In this document: one piece after another, positions 15,342 to 22,903 of the stretch
How the letters are laid out: every line of letters begins with the position of its first letter
Position numbering within the stretch: position 1 is the stretch's first letter
Origin: a virus
Reading direction: 5' to 3' (one strand)
IMG/VR virus record: IMGVR_UViG_3300012202_000003
Location: 1-45,797 of that record
DNA length: 45,797 nucleotides
Made by a program: the position numbers and the translations under genes
The notes under the pieces: model-generated
Databases searched by the model: none
The model's input: only the letters and a program-made list of their open reading frames with translations
Told to the model about the DNA's origin: nothing

Positions 15342-15965
15342 ATGAAGCCAGTTAAAATGGACTCCCTTGGAGTTAAGTGCACCATCCTCGCTTACGAGAG
15401 CGTAGCGGAGCTTGTCGCCGCAGCCGGTGGCGAGGAGCAAGCTCTTGAGCGTATCAACCGCGATCTTGCCTATCGAGGGCCACATGCGGACTTTCGAGAG
15501 GAATTCGTCCTCCGCGTCGAGGAAGCCACAGGAATCGAACGAAAACTCGTACCGACGGGGAAGAAAGATGCTAAAGGACAGGATATTATGGAGTTTGGTG
15601 AGACCGAAGGACGATATATGGCAGGAGTTCTTGCACAAAAGGGTCTCAAAGATGCGACTTCTTTCCAGTCGATCGCTGATGGAATCACCGGAATCAAGGA
15701 CGACAAAGGTGTGGAACACCCTCTCGCCGTCGACATCAAAGCCGCTGAGCACAAACCCAAAGCTCCCGCGAAGCTTGGGAAACGTTTCCTCGATTACGCG
15801 AAACAAATCATCGCGAAGGGGAATGCGCAGAAGGTCGTGGACTTCATCCAGAAAGAGACTGGGACGGTAGTCGTGCTTACCGGCGATCCAACAAAAGATG
15901 CCGAGGCGCTTGGTTGGGGCATGAAGGCCAACGAAGAGGCACGCACCGCACTTCTCGCGGCCTAA
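15342..15965 (+). CDS. Hypothetical 207-aa acidic/lysine-rich protein
   Basis: ATG at 15342 follows AAAGGAAAAGCA. Its composition is protein-like, unlike the 295-aa antisense ORF. Confidence 0.6.
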   Translation: MKPVKMDSLGVKCTILAYESVAELVAAAGGEEQALERINRDLAYRGPHADFREEFVLRVEEATGIERKLVPTGKKDAKGQDIMEFGETEGRYMAGVLAQKGLKDATSFQSIADGITGIKDDKGVEHPLAVDIKAAEHKPKAPAKLGKRFLDYAKQIIAKGNAQKVVDFIQKETGTVVVLTGDPTKDAEALGWGMKANEEARTALLAA

Positions 15966-16745
15966 CCTGAAAATCATGCCCAAAGAGTGCTTACAGAAAG
16001 CAAGGATTTGTTGATGAAATATCCTTGGTTCAATAAAACTCTTTGGGCAGCTTTTGGACTCTCCCATGAACTTCTCCGCTGTATTTATTATGTCGTGTTA
16101 CCATTCATGGTCGCGGTGACCGAAGGGGGAGTCCTTTTCAAAAGAGCGCGTGGCGGAATAAGACGCTGAAAGTCGTGAACGGAGTAAGCAGTGCGAACAT
16201 GTTTGTTCTTTGCCGAAGTGGCAGTATAGGAACCTTGTTGCCAGTGCTGCCTTTCAAGCACGCGAACACGACGTGTAGAGTGCAATTCTCTACCGCGCTC
16301 AACCCTTTAGATCATAATTTGTCCGTGCCTGTGTTGGCCGAGCTGAAACGATAAAGATGAATAGTAGTTAAACGGGACTAGAGAAACTAAGGCCGTTCCA
16401 TTGAGCTGAACAAGTTAACTATAAAGTCATATGTCGCATCATAAAGCAAGTGAGATAGGGCACCATCTAAGAAATCAGTCTATCTCAGCGGACAATTCAA
16501 TTTTGCCAGTGCTCGTAAAAAATACACTGCATGGCTTGAGTAAGAAGGAGTTGTGTAACGCCCTTCTGAGGGCCGCCAGCCAGCACTAGCAATTCAATAT
16601 GCCTCGCAAGCAGAACTGAGAGCTACGAATATGCGTATCGTCAGTATAAACCACAGCGGTAAGCACTCTCCCTCTAGCCACATGGCAAGAACCAAGAGCG
16701 GTGCATCTCTGGTCCTACAGCGGAGCGAACTGTAGGGTTAAATTT
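15966..16745 (+). ncRNA. Candidate large structured noncoding element (ncRNA or origin); class unknown
   Basis: No credible ORF; all three stop codon types are dense in 16170..16745. Many nested stems were read directly, e.g. 15977-87/16039-49, 16056-63/16127-34, 16144-50/16294-300, 16320-25/16489-94 and 16451-58/16480-87. Confidence 0.35.
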
Positions 16746-16919
16746 ATGAACATATCAAAAGAAGATGCAGAAGAACTTGTCACCATCATGGCAGATATAG
16801 CACGAGCGGTTGGTGACGAAGCCGCTCATCCGAGTTGGTTTGGCCATGTCGATCAAGCAAAAGAAGCGGCTATCGTACGTCTTACTAACCTACCCAAATA
16901 CGAAAGTAAGTGCTCATGA
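16746..16919 (+). CDS. Hypothetical 57-aa protein
   Basis: ATG at 16746 (MNISKEDAEEL...). ATGA-coupled to the next gene. Confidence 0.45.
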   Translation: MNISKEDAEELVTIMADIARAVGDEAAHPSWFGHVDQAKEAAIVRLTNLPKYESKCS

Positions 16920-17101
16920 AACGAAAATGTATTCAATGCGCTCAAACCTTCAACCCTCGCCACTCCGGCGAGAGTATCTGCGATCTGTGTTGGAACGACA
17001 CCCTTCCACCCTCTATGAGAAGTGAGTTGCTCAACATCGCGGTGAATCCTATTGGGCGAGAGGTGAAGATCATAAAAGAAAAGGACAAAGACGATAAATG
17101 A
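16916..17101 (+). CDS. Small zinc-ribbon protein (61 aa, CIQC...CDLC)
   Basis: Two CxxC pairs. ATGA overlaps on both sides. Confidence 0.5.
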   Translation: MKRKCIQCAQTFNPRHSGESICDLCWNDTLPPSMRSELLNIAVNPIGREVKIIKEKDKDDK

Positions 17102-17793
17102 AAGCCTTTATCGGAGCATCTGAAAGTCCTCTTCCAGTCGAGGTGGAGCTTCTTGCAAAGGACACCATGCCAGGATTTTATCTCGTCAAGTATGGTCTGA
17201 AAGTTCTTCAACTCCACCACTCAAAACTTATCCCAACCGAAGTCGAACTTCAATCTATGAAAGACCTTGCCCAGAACAAACTCCCTTATCGCTTTCGAGA
17301 AGTGGCGTTCCGTCGCTATGAACCTATCCTAAAGCTTGTGCTTGAGCGCTTTCCCGCCCCCTTTTCGCTCAAGCCCGAAGGTTCGATTGAGACTTTCACT
17401 TGTCGCTTTCGGGATGCGATGAAGTCCCTTTTGAAGTATCAATGGCCGACCAACCTCCCGATGGCGAAGTTCGTCCAATGTGTCGATGCTATCGTTGTCA
17501 GCATTCAAGGCGACCTTGTTGTCATTGGTAACAGCGAAACAATCAAGCCCACCACCATCCTCGGCCAGCCTTGGACGCCCGCCTCGACCGAGCCTACCGC
17601 CCTGCCACTCGGTGTCACAACCCCTCTCTGGAACGTCATCGAGGCCATCTGTCTCTTACACGATCATCGTCTCTTGAAAACTTCTTCCTTCCTCCACAAA
17701 TGCGAGTTCTCTCTAACCGCCCTGAAGCAGTTGGAGAATCAATACGACGTCTTCATTGAGCAAATTGCCGATAGAGAGTTTAAAATTCTATGA
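17098..17793 (+). CDS. Hypothetical 231-aa protein
   Basis: Long ORF, ATGA-coupled at both ends. No motif recognised. Confidence 0.6.
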   Translation: MKAFIGASESPLPVEVELLAKDTMPGFYLVKYGLKVLQLHHSKLIPTEVELQSMKDLAQNKLPYRFREVAFRRYEPILKLVLERFPAPFSLKPEGSIETFTCRFRDAMKSLLKYQWPTNLPMAKFVQCVDAIVVSIQGDLVVIGNSETIKPTTILGQPWTPASTEPTALPLGVTTPLWNVIEAICLLHDHRLLKTSSFLHKCEFSLTALKQLENQYDVFIEQIADREFKIL

Positions 17794-18188
17794 CCACCAC
17801 CTTTGAAAACCCCAACAAAACAATCCGCCCTTCTTCTCGACTGAACGTGGATGTTCCCACCACATATCGGCTCTTCCTCGATAGCTTTCGACCTGCTTCG
17901 CGCGAAACCCTATCTATCATTATAAACCTTGCTCTTCGCAAACTCATCTATGAATGCAAATCCCGAAACCTTATCGACTACACCAACCGAGATGCCTTCG
18001 AATCCTTCGTCCTCTCCTTCTATGACATTTCAGGAGGAGATGGCAGTGTCGGAAGCTCCCCTCGAAACCCTCCTATCACTCCAGGGCCTAAAGCCAATGC
18101 ACCTAATGTCGGAGGAGGAACTCCTCTCAGTGGTGCAAAAGCTCCGCGCAAACCGGCAAAACTGGCAGGAGTTCCAGAAAAGCGTTAG
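17790..18188 (+). CDS. Hypothetical protein (132 aa); only the first ~85 aa look protein-like
   Basis: After ...SFYDISGG the frame becomes a Pro/Gly/Ala low-complexity tail, while the +1 frame becomes protein-like. Confidence 0.45.
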   Translation: MTTTFENPNKTIRPSSRLNVDVPTTYRLFLDSFRPASRETLSIIINLALRKLIYECKSRNLIDYTNRDAFESFVLSFYDISGGDGSVGSSPRNPPITPGPKANAPNVGGGTPLSGAKAPRKPAKLAGVPEKR

Positions 18189-18237
18189 CACCGGAGAGCC
18201 AGTCCCGAAGACCTTGGACCGATACCTCGACTTATAA
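18040..18237 (+). CDS. Hypothetical 65-aa protein ending in LDRYLDL, in the +1 frame overlapping 17790..18188
   Basis: ATG at 18040 is directly preceded by AGGAGGAG. The helical, charged sequence carries the shared C-terminal motif. Confidence 0.45.
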   Translation: MAVSEAPLETLLSLQGLKPMHLMSEEELLSVVQKLRANRQNWQEFQKSVSTGEPVPKTLDRYLDL

Positions 18238-18316
18238 ATACTATGGAGAGAAGTTCGTTCATTTTATAGATAAGACAGATTTCGTTAAACCAAAACCAAG
18301 AAGAAAGGCAAAAAAA

Positions 18317-18703
18317 ATGAAAGTGCAGGACGAAATTAACCGTATCATGGAAAGAGTTAAAGCCGCGCATAAAATGATAGAGTTTTTATCAAAATATAGG
18401 ATGCTCTTAGAGGACCTTGATACTGAAATTCAAGCTTTCAGTGATCACAATCTCGATATCAACGACCCTTCGAGAGAAGTCTTAACGAAAGGAATGCTAA
18501 AGTTTGGAGGTAAATGGAATAAGTCTATTTCCGCCTTAAATGAAACTCACCTTGATTACACACAGGAAATCGAAGGGATTCAGGTAAGGTTTTACAATGC
18601 ACCTCCGCCACCATCATGTAGGATCGAAGAAGTAGACGAGATTATCCCCGCTCAACCCCAGAGGATAGAAAAGAGAAAGAAACTTATCTGTAATGAAGTA
18701 TGA
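18317..18703 (+). CDS. Hypothetical 128-aa protein
   Basis: ORF in an AT-rich stretch with an A-rich leader. Confidence 0.55.
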   Translation: MKVQDEINRIMERVKAAHKMIEFLSKYRMLLEDLDTEIQAFSDHNLDINDPSREVLTKGMLKFGGKWNKSISALNETHLDYTQEIEGIQVRFYNAPPPPSCRIEEVDEIIPAQPQRIEKRKKLICNEV

Positions 18704-19629
18704 CCAACTCCCTCCCACCACTTCCCCTCATCGACGGTCATCTCTTCATCGACAATTCCGCAATGGAATACCTCAACAGTTGTCATCGCGCTGCTGAATA
18801 TAGTTTTATAAGACAAAGAAAACTTGCCGAGGATCGCTCCGCGCTTAGCTTTGGTAAAGCTATCCATCTTGCGGTGGAAGAACGATATAAACAGGTAGGA
18901 TCAAGAAAAGTCACCGAAGAAACTCGAACAGCTCAACGTCTCATTCTCACAGAGCATTTCCAGAAAGAGCCTGCCCATTTTGACGACCATCGAACGGAAG
19001 AGTTTGCAAATCGTGTGATAGATGAGTATAACGAAGAATATCCCACCGAGAATTTTAAAGTCCTTCCAGAGTTCATCGAAAAGTCTTTTGCAGTCGAAGT
19101 TGGAAAGATTGGTGAGATTACTATAATCTATACTGGTCGAATTGATCTTATTGTCGAAGAGCAAGGACACCTAATCAACGTCGACCATAAAACAACCTCC
19201 ATTATGGGTTCACTCTTCTTTGAAGAACAGTCCATCAGCCCACAACACCAAGGTTATTGTTGGGCGATTGCAGAGACTCTTAAATTTCGTCCGCCTGAGT
19301 TCCTCATCAATGCTATCTGCGTTCGTAAACCCACAGAGAAAGGAAAGGGAAAAGAAATTGAGTTCGCCCGCCAACGTTTTCCAATCTTTCAGTCGACGCT
19401 TGATGAATGGCAACAGAACTGCCTCGCCCTTATTGAAGAGTTTATCTGGAACTATGCGAAAGGCTACCTGCCAATGAAGCGAAAGTGGTGCATTGCAAAG
19501 TACGGAAGGTGCCAATACTTCGATGTCTGCGCACTTCCACAGGACCAACGACTTCTCCTGCTCAAAAGTGGAATGTTCTCGAAAAACGAATGGTCCCCGC
19601 TTGAGGGCCGGAAGAGTGAGCCGGTATGA
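18700..19629 (+). CDS. PD-(D/E)XK exonuclease, Cas4/RecB-like with a Cys cluster (309 aa)
   Basis: GRIDLIV...INVDHKTT core. One N-terminal Cys (LNSCH) plus C-terminal C-x6-C-x5-C (WCIAKYGRCQYFDVC), as in Cas4/AddB-type Fe-S nucleases. Confidence 0.7.
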   Translation: MTNSLPPLPLIDGHLFIDNSAMEYLNSCHRAAEYSFIRQRKLAEDRSALSFGKAIHLAVEERYKQVGSRKVTEETRTAQRLILTEHFQKEPAHFDDHRTEEFANRVIDEYNEEYPTENFKVLPEFIEKSFAVEVGKIGEITIIYTGRIDLIVEEQGHLINVDHKTTSIMGSLFFEEQSISPQHQGYCWAIAETLKFRPPEFLINAICVRKPTEKGKGKEIEFARQRFPIFQSTLDEWQQNCLALIEEFIWNYAKGYLPMKRKWCIAKYGRCQYFDVCALPQDQRLLLLKSGMFSKNEWSPLEGRKSEPV

Positions 19630-19910
19630 GTGAAGCCTATCCTGACATAATCGTTAACGTCACCTCTATGAACGATGGTCATAATGTCAAATGTCCACGA
19701 TGTTGGCATTGGCATGGTGTGGTGGAGAACTTCGGTCACCTTCCAGAAGAGGGGAAAGCCGACCCTTCTTTGGTAAAGGAAAAGCTTTGTGACAAGTGCC
19801 AAAAAATCATCCTCGAATATTACCCCGATCATCCTTCTGTGCCTTTCATCAAAGAGGCACTCCGAAAACAGAAAGACAAATATGCTAACCGCCTCCCTAA
19901 CATGTCCTAA
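19626..19910 (+). CDS. Zinc-ribbon protein (94 aa) resembling the IleRS C-terminal zinc finger
   Basis: KCPRCWHWHG...LCDKCQKII pattern (CxxCWH...CxxC). Confidence 0.5.
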   Translation: MSEAYPDIIVNVTSMNDGHNVKCPRCWHWHGVVENFGHLPEEGKADPSLVKEKLCDKCQKIILEYYPDHPSVPFIKEALRKQKDKYANRLPNMS

Positions 19911-20625
19911 ACCACCCGAACCCAAATCTATCCTACTCATCGGTCCGCCCGGTGGAGGAAAAACCACACTTGCTATGCAATTCCCGTCTCCCTGTTTCAT
20001 GGATTGCGACGGTAATCTCGACGGCCCCTCGGGTTTTCTCGGGAAGCCCCCCTTTGCATGGTGTCCTATTCGCTTCACTGATGATGGAAAGCCAGTCGAA
20101 CTTGAACAATGCTTCGACCGCCTCATTCAAGAACTTATCTTCGTTGCAAAACAGGACCATATCAAAACGGTCATCATCGACAGCCTTACGATGGTGAATG
20201 AATTCGTTATCAGGAAGATTCTATCTCAACAAGCTCGACCATTTGGAGAGATGGAAGCCCGTGATTGGATTCCCTTCAAGTCGAAGTTCCTTACTCTCCT
20301 CGTCCGCATCCTTCGCGGGATGAATAAGACCACAATCTGCGCCGTTCATGAAGTGATCCTCACGAAAAGCGACCCTAAAAATATGATGAATGTGATTATT
20401 GAGGGCTATCGTCCCTCGGTCCAGGGATCGGTGACCGATTACTTTGGCGCCTTTTTCACCGACGTTTGGAGATGCACCTCCTCCCCACCTATCGGTGGAA
20501 AACCGCAGCCCTACCAGGTTCAGACGGTGAAAGACAGCCGCTCTCCCGATCTGAAGTCGTCATGCGGAATGCCCGGTGAGATGAAGGCGGAGTGGGCGGA
20601 AGTGAACAAATATCTAAAACTATGA
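19882..20625 (+). CDS. RecA-fold P-loop ATPase, Sak4/AAA_24-like recombination protein (247 aa)
   Basis: Walker A LLIGPPGGGKTT and Walker B-like VIIDSL. Typical size and neighbourhood (exonuclease upstream, SSB-like downstream). Ends in NKYLKL. Confidence 0.65.
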   Translation: MLTASLTCPKPPEPKSILLIGPPGGGKTTLAMQFPSPCFMDCDGNLDGPSGFLGKPPFAWCPIRFTDDGKPVELEQCFDRLIQELIFVAKQDHIKTVIIDSLTMVNEFVIRKILSQQARPFGEMEARDWIPFKSKFLTLLVRILRGMNKTTICAVHEVILTKSDPKNMMNVIIEGYRPSVQGSVTDYFGAFFTDVWRCTSSPPIGGKPQPYQVQTVKDSRSPDLKSSCGMPGEMKAEWAEVNKYLKL

Positions 20626-20837
20626 ACCTATACTACTTCAAAGTCAACTGGGACTTCCTCGTCGTTGCCCAGACCGAAGGCGAAGCCTTGGAAATCGCCC
20701 AACTTCGGGTTGACGATTCAGCAAAGTTTGAGCATATCGTCGAGATCGTCCCGATCGAACCCGAACTTGTGGTCGACATCCAAGAAGACCTTCACAATAT
20801 CATCGTGAACATTTACCCTGGAAAGGGAAAAGGCTGA
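20622..20837 (+). CDS. Small acidic hypothetical protein (71 aa)
   Basis: ATG at 20622 is ATGA-coupled to the ATPase stop. Rich in Asp/Glu. Confidence 0.5.
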   Translation: MNLYYFKVNWDFLVVAQTEGEALEIAQLRVDDSAKFEHIVEIVPIEPELVVDIQEDLHNIIVNIYPGKGKG

Positions 20838-20883
20838 CATCCTATCTGTCAAAACCAACAACCAAAAAGAAAGAACCAACAAA

Positions 20884-21327
20884 ATGCAAGACCCAGAAGT
20901 TCCCTCATCCTCCATTCTCGATGAGGATATGTCCGGTGTTGACACTTCAATGCCCATCATCGCCTCTCCGATCCTACATGCCTTCGACATCGCAAAGGTC
21001 GAAGAGGTTGCGAATAGCACAAAGACTGGCACGAACCTCAAAATCACCTTGAAGACCAGTGCGGTGCTTCAAGACACAAAAGGCAACCAAATCCAACCTG
21101 GCTGGCCCTGTTATACATATATCGGCCTCACCGAAACTCCGAAATATAACAAAGACGCAATCAAACGTTCCTGCGCGACCTTCGTCGAGGCCGTTCTTGG
21201 GGTGAAGGAAAAACTCAATCCCCTAAGCCGGTTCGAGGGAAAGCGCGTCATGTGCAAGGTCGGCATCGGAAAGGCGACGGAGGAATACCCCGACCCCGGA
21301 AATACCTTTCGGTTTGTAAAAGCCTAA
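20884..21327 (+). CDS. DUF669-like putative ssDNA-binding protein (147 aa)
   Basis: The pattern of ...HAFDIAKVEEVANSTKTGTNLKITLK...FEGKRVMCKVGI...GNTFRFV resembles the DUF669 proteins that usually follow Sak4-type ATPases. A GAAAGAAC box lies upstream. Confidence 0.45.
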   Translation: MQDPEVPSSSILDEDMSGVDTSMPIIASPILHAFDIAKVEEVANSTKTGTNLKITLKTSAVLQDTKGNQIQPGWPCYTYIGLTETPKYNKDAIKRSCATFVEAVLGVKEKLNPLSRFEGKRVMCKVGIGKATEEYPDPGNTFRFVKA

Positions 21328-21330
21328 CGT

Positions 21331-21582
21331 ATGAACCGAACTATAAAAATCGTTCCAATTCTCAATGGATTCGTCTGTGAAGTAGGCTGTCAAAAGGTCT
21401 GTTTTACTAATCGGGTAAGTTTACTTGACGCTTTGGAACTATATCTCAAGAATCCCAACGAGGAAGAACGAAAGTTTCGTGAAGAGGCTGTTAATCCTGA
21501 TATTGAAGGATTAACTCCATGCCCCACAGATGGATGTTCTACGACATCTTCACCACTCAATCCCGTCGTTCCAGCCCGTTAA
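21331..21582 (+). CDS. Hypothetical 83-aa protein
   Basis: ORF only. Confidence 0.5.
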   Translation: MNRTIKIVPILNGFVCEVGCQKVCFTNRVSLLDALELYLKNPNEEERKFREEAVNPDIEGLTPCPTDGCSTTSSPLNPVVPAR

Positions 21583-21600
21583 AACGGGGTGTGAAGCGAC

Positions 21601-21637
21601 CCCGCACCTAGGGCTATTTGCCGGCTGTAGGTGCGGG
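21601..21637 (+). terminator. 10-bp hairpin (CCCGCACCTA-N17-TAGGTGCGGG) followed by TTAATAATT; possible terminator overlapping motif copy 4
   Basis: Read directly. The 3' arm is also the left arm of the 25-nt motif. Confidence 0.4.
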
Positions 21638-21655
21638 TTAATAATTAACCTGAAC
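21631..21655 (+). promoter_or_regulatory. 25-nt dyad motif copy 4 (GTGCGGGTTAATAATTAACCTGAAC)
   Basis: Ends 10 nt upstream of the ATG at 21666. Confidence 0.6.
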
Positions 21656-21665
21656 ATAGAAGAAT

Positions 21666-22091
21666 ATGGATGACCCAAGAAAAGACCCGGGCTCGTCGGC
21701 GAGTTCGACAGGTGAGGAAAAAACTTACACAACCGGCGGACTACATATAAACCGATGGGTTCTAACCGGAAATGATCAGCTTGACGTTAACATCATCGCC
21801 GAGCGATGGAATATCGAAACCCCCGCCGGGATCGAAGCTCTCCGCGTCGCAATCGAAAATATCCAACTTCTCGATCGAAAGCAGAAAGACTACGGCCCGG
21901 CAAACATTGCAAAGTTCGGCGCGAATGGTTGTCTTGTCCGGATGAGCGACAAATACGAGCGCCTCGTCAACCTCTTCAAGAAGAAACGAAACATTCCCCA
22001 GAACGAGTCCATTCAAGATAGTTTCAAAGACCTCTCAAATTATGCGATTATTGCGTTGCTTTGTTTGAGGGGAAAGTGGCCGAAGGAATAA
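21666..22091 (+). CDS. DUF1599-like (MazG-related all-alpha NTP pyrophosphatase fold) protein (141 aa)
   Basis: LDRKQKDYGPANIAKFGANGCLVRMSDKYERLVNL...NESIQDSFKDLSNYAIIAL matches the K.DYG...G..G...R..DK..R pattern of DUF1599. Confidence 0.5.
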   Translation: MDDPRKDPGSSASSTGEEKTYTTGGLHINRWVLTGNDQLDVNIIAERWNIETPAGIEALRVAIENIQLLDRKQKDYGPANIAKFGANGCLVRMSDKYERLVNLFKKKRNIPQNESIQDSFKDLSNYAIIALLCLRGKWPKE

Positions 22092-22155
22092 TGTTATAGG
22101 ATACTATATTGAAACAGGCAGTGCCAAAAACAAAGCCGATTGGATTATCAAACAT

Positions 22156-22377
22156 ATGGACGGCGCACGCATCTCTGTAATGCCAACCGCTTGCCGTGAA
22201 GAAATGATCCCAGTCTGCGTTATTCACAACTTCCACTTCGAGGCCGCAGGAATTGCCTTTGACCTACAAGAAGCCCGAGACTTCAACCATGAAGATGGTC
22301 GTCGAAAGGAATGGTTACTTGTGCCAAGGAAGCAAGTGCTGAAACAGTTTCCTTATGTAGAAGAACTTTTAAACTGA
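22156..22377 (+). CDS. Hypothetical protein; apparently N-terminally truncated as annotated
   Basis: The frame is open from 22069. The upstream peptide ...GYYIETGSAKNKADWIIKH looks like genuine coding sequence but has no ATG/GTG/TTG. Confidence 0.45.
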   Translation: MDGARISVMPTACREEMIPVCVIHNFHFEAAGIAFDLQEARDFNHEDGRRKEWLLVPRKQVLKQFPYVEELLN

Positions 22378-22497
22378 CAGAAAGAATGAAATCTCCGATC
22401 CTCGCCAATGTTATCTATGGAACTGGGTGGGTATATTTATTTTTACTATCACCATTATCTATTTCGTTCAGAAAGAGGTTAACGAAGAGGAACTCAC

Positions 22498-22728
22498 ATG
22501 CCCGATGCAAGAGGAAAAGCCAAACGCGAGCCAGCCTTAACCGACACTGATGTGATGCCTTTCGGCAAGTATCGGGATAAGCCAATGCAAGATGTTCCTG
22601 CCTCCTACCTTTGGTGGCTTTATGAACAGGGCCTCGAAAACATCTCCGACCAAAAGGTGGCGAACTATATCTGGAACTCCCTAGACGCGATCAAAATGGA
22701 AATGAAAGAAAGAGAACGTGATGAATAA
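22498..22728 (+). CDS. DUF3820-like small protein (76 aa; alternative ATG at 22555)
   Basis: MPFGKYRDKPMQDVPASYLWWLYEQ matches the MPFGKYKG...P..YL.WL signature. Confidence 0.55.
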   Translation: MPDARGKAKREPALTDTDVMPFGKYRDKPMQDVPASYLWWLYEQGLENISDQKVANYIWNSLDAIKMEMKERERDE

Positions 22729-22903
22729 ACCACAACTTGAACCATATACTGACTGCTCTCTTATAAAGTTGGCTATTATACTATGTTCAACAATAGTTTT
22801 AATTATGCTCCTTATTGTAGGATGTGAGATTATAACTAAGAAGGAGTTTATCAAACGTCAATATATTAGTAGCACCAACGCTATCCCACCACGCCCACTA
22901 TGA
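22718..22903 (+). CDS. Small membrane/lipoprotein candidate (61 aa)
   Basis: Hydrophobic segment ending in a lipobox-like LIVGC. Lies in a strongly AT-rich segment. Confidence 0.4.
   Translation: MMNKPQLEPYTDCSLIKLAIILCSTIVLIMLLIVGCEIITKKEFIKRQYISSTNAIPPRPL

Noticed and set aside
15180-16067. 295-aa minus-strand ORF, the longest ORF in this part of the window
   Set aside because: It is entirely antisense to the well-formed plus-strand gene 15342..15965. Its Leu/Ser/Phe/Arg-rich composition is typical of antisense frames, and it breaks the uniform plus-strand, ATGA-coupled gene array.
15987-16169. 60-aa ORF (GTG start; internal MKYPWFNKTLW...) at the left edge of the structured region
   Set aside because: It has no ATGA coupling or RBS-like box. 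It overlaps the strongest nested stems (15977-16049 and 16056-16134). It was kept only as an alternative explanation for the first ~200 nt.
16170-16745. Possibility that the ORF-free region is coding under a reassigned stop codon
   Set aside because: TAA, TAG and TGA all occur densely and interleaved in every frame, e.g. ATAAAGATGAATAGTAGTTAAACGGGACTAGAG. No single reassignment opens a frame. The rest of the genome uses all three stops normally.
16714-16760. Degenerate motif-like sequence CTGTAGGGTTAAATTTATGAACATA at the start of gene 16746
   Set aside because: It shares the TAGG-GTTAA...GAAC flavour and an upstream hairpin with copy 4. However, it lacks the AATAATT core and the CC arm, and the ATG lies inside it. 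It is treated as a possible relic, not a seventh copy.
19464-20126. 220-aa minus-strand ORF
   Set aside because: It is antisense to the zinc-ribbon and Sak4-like ATPase genes, both of which have clear motifs. No motif was found in the antisense frame.
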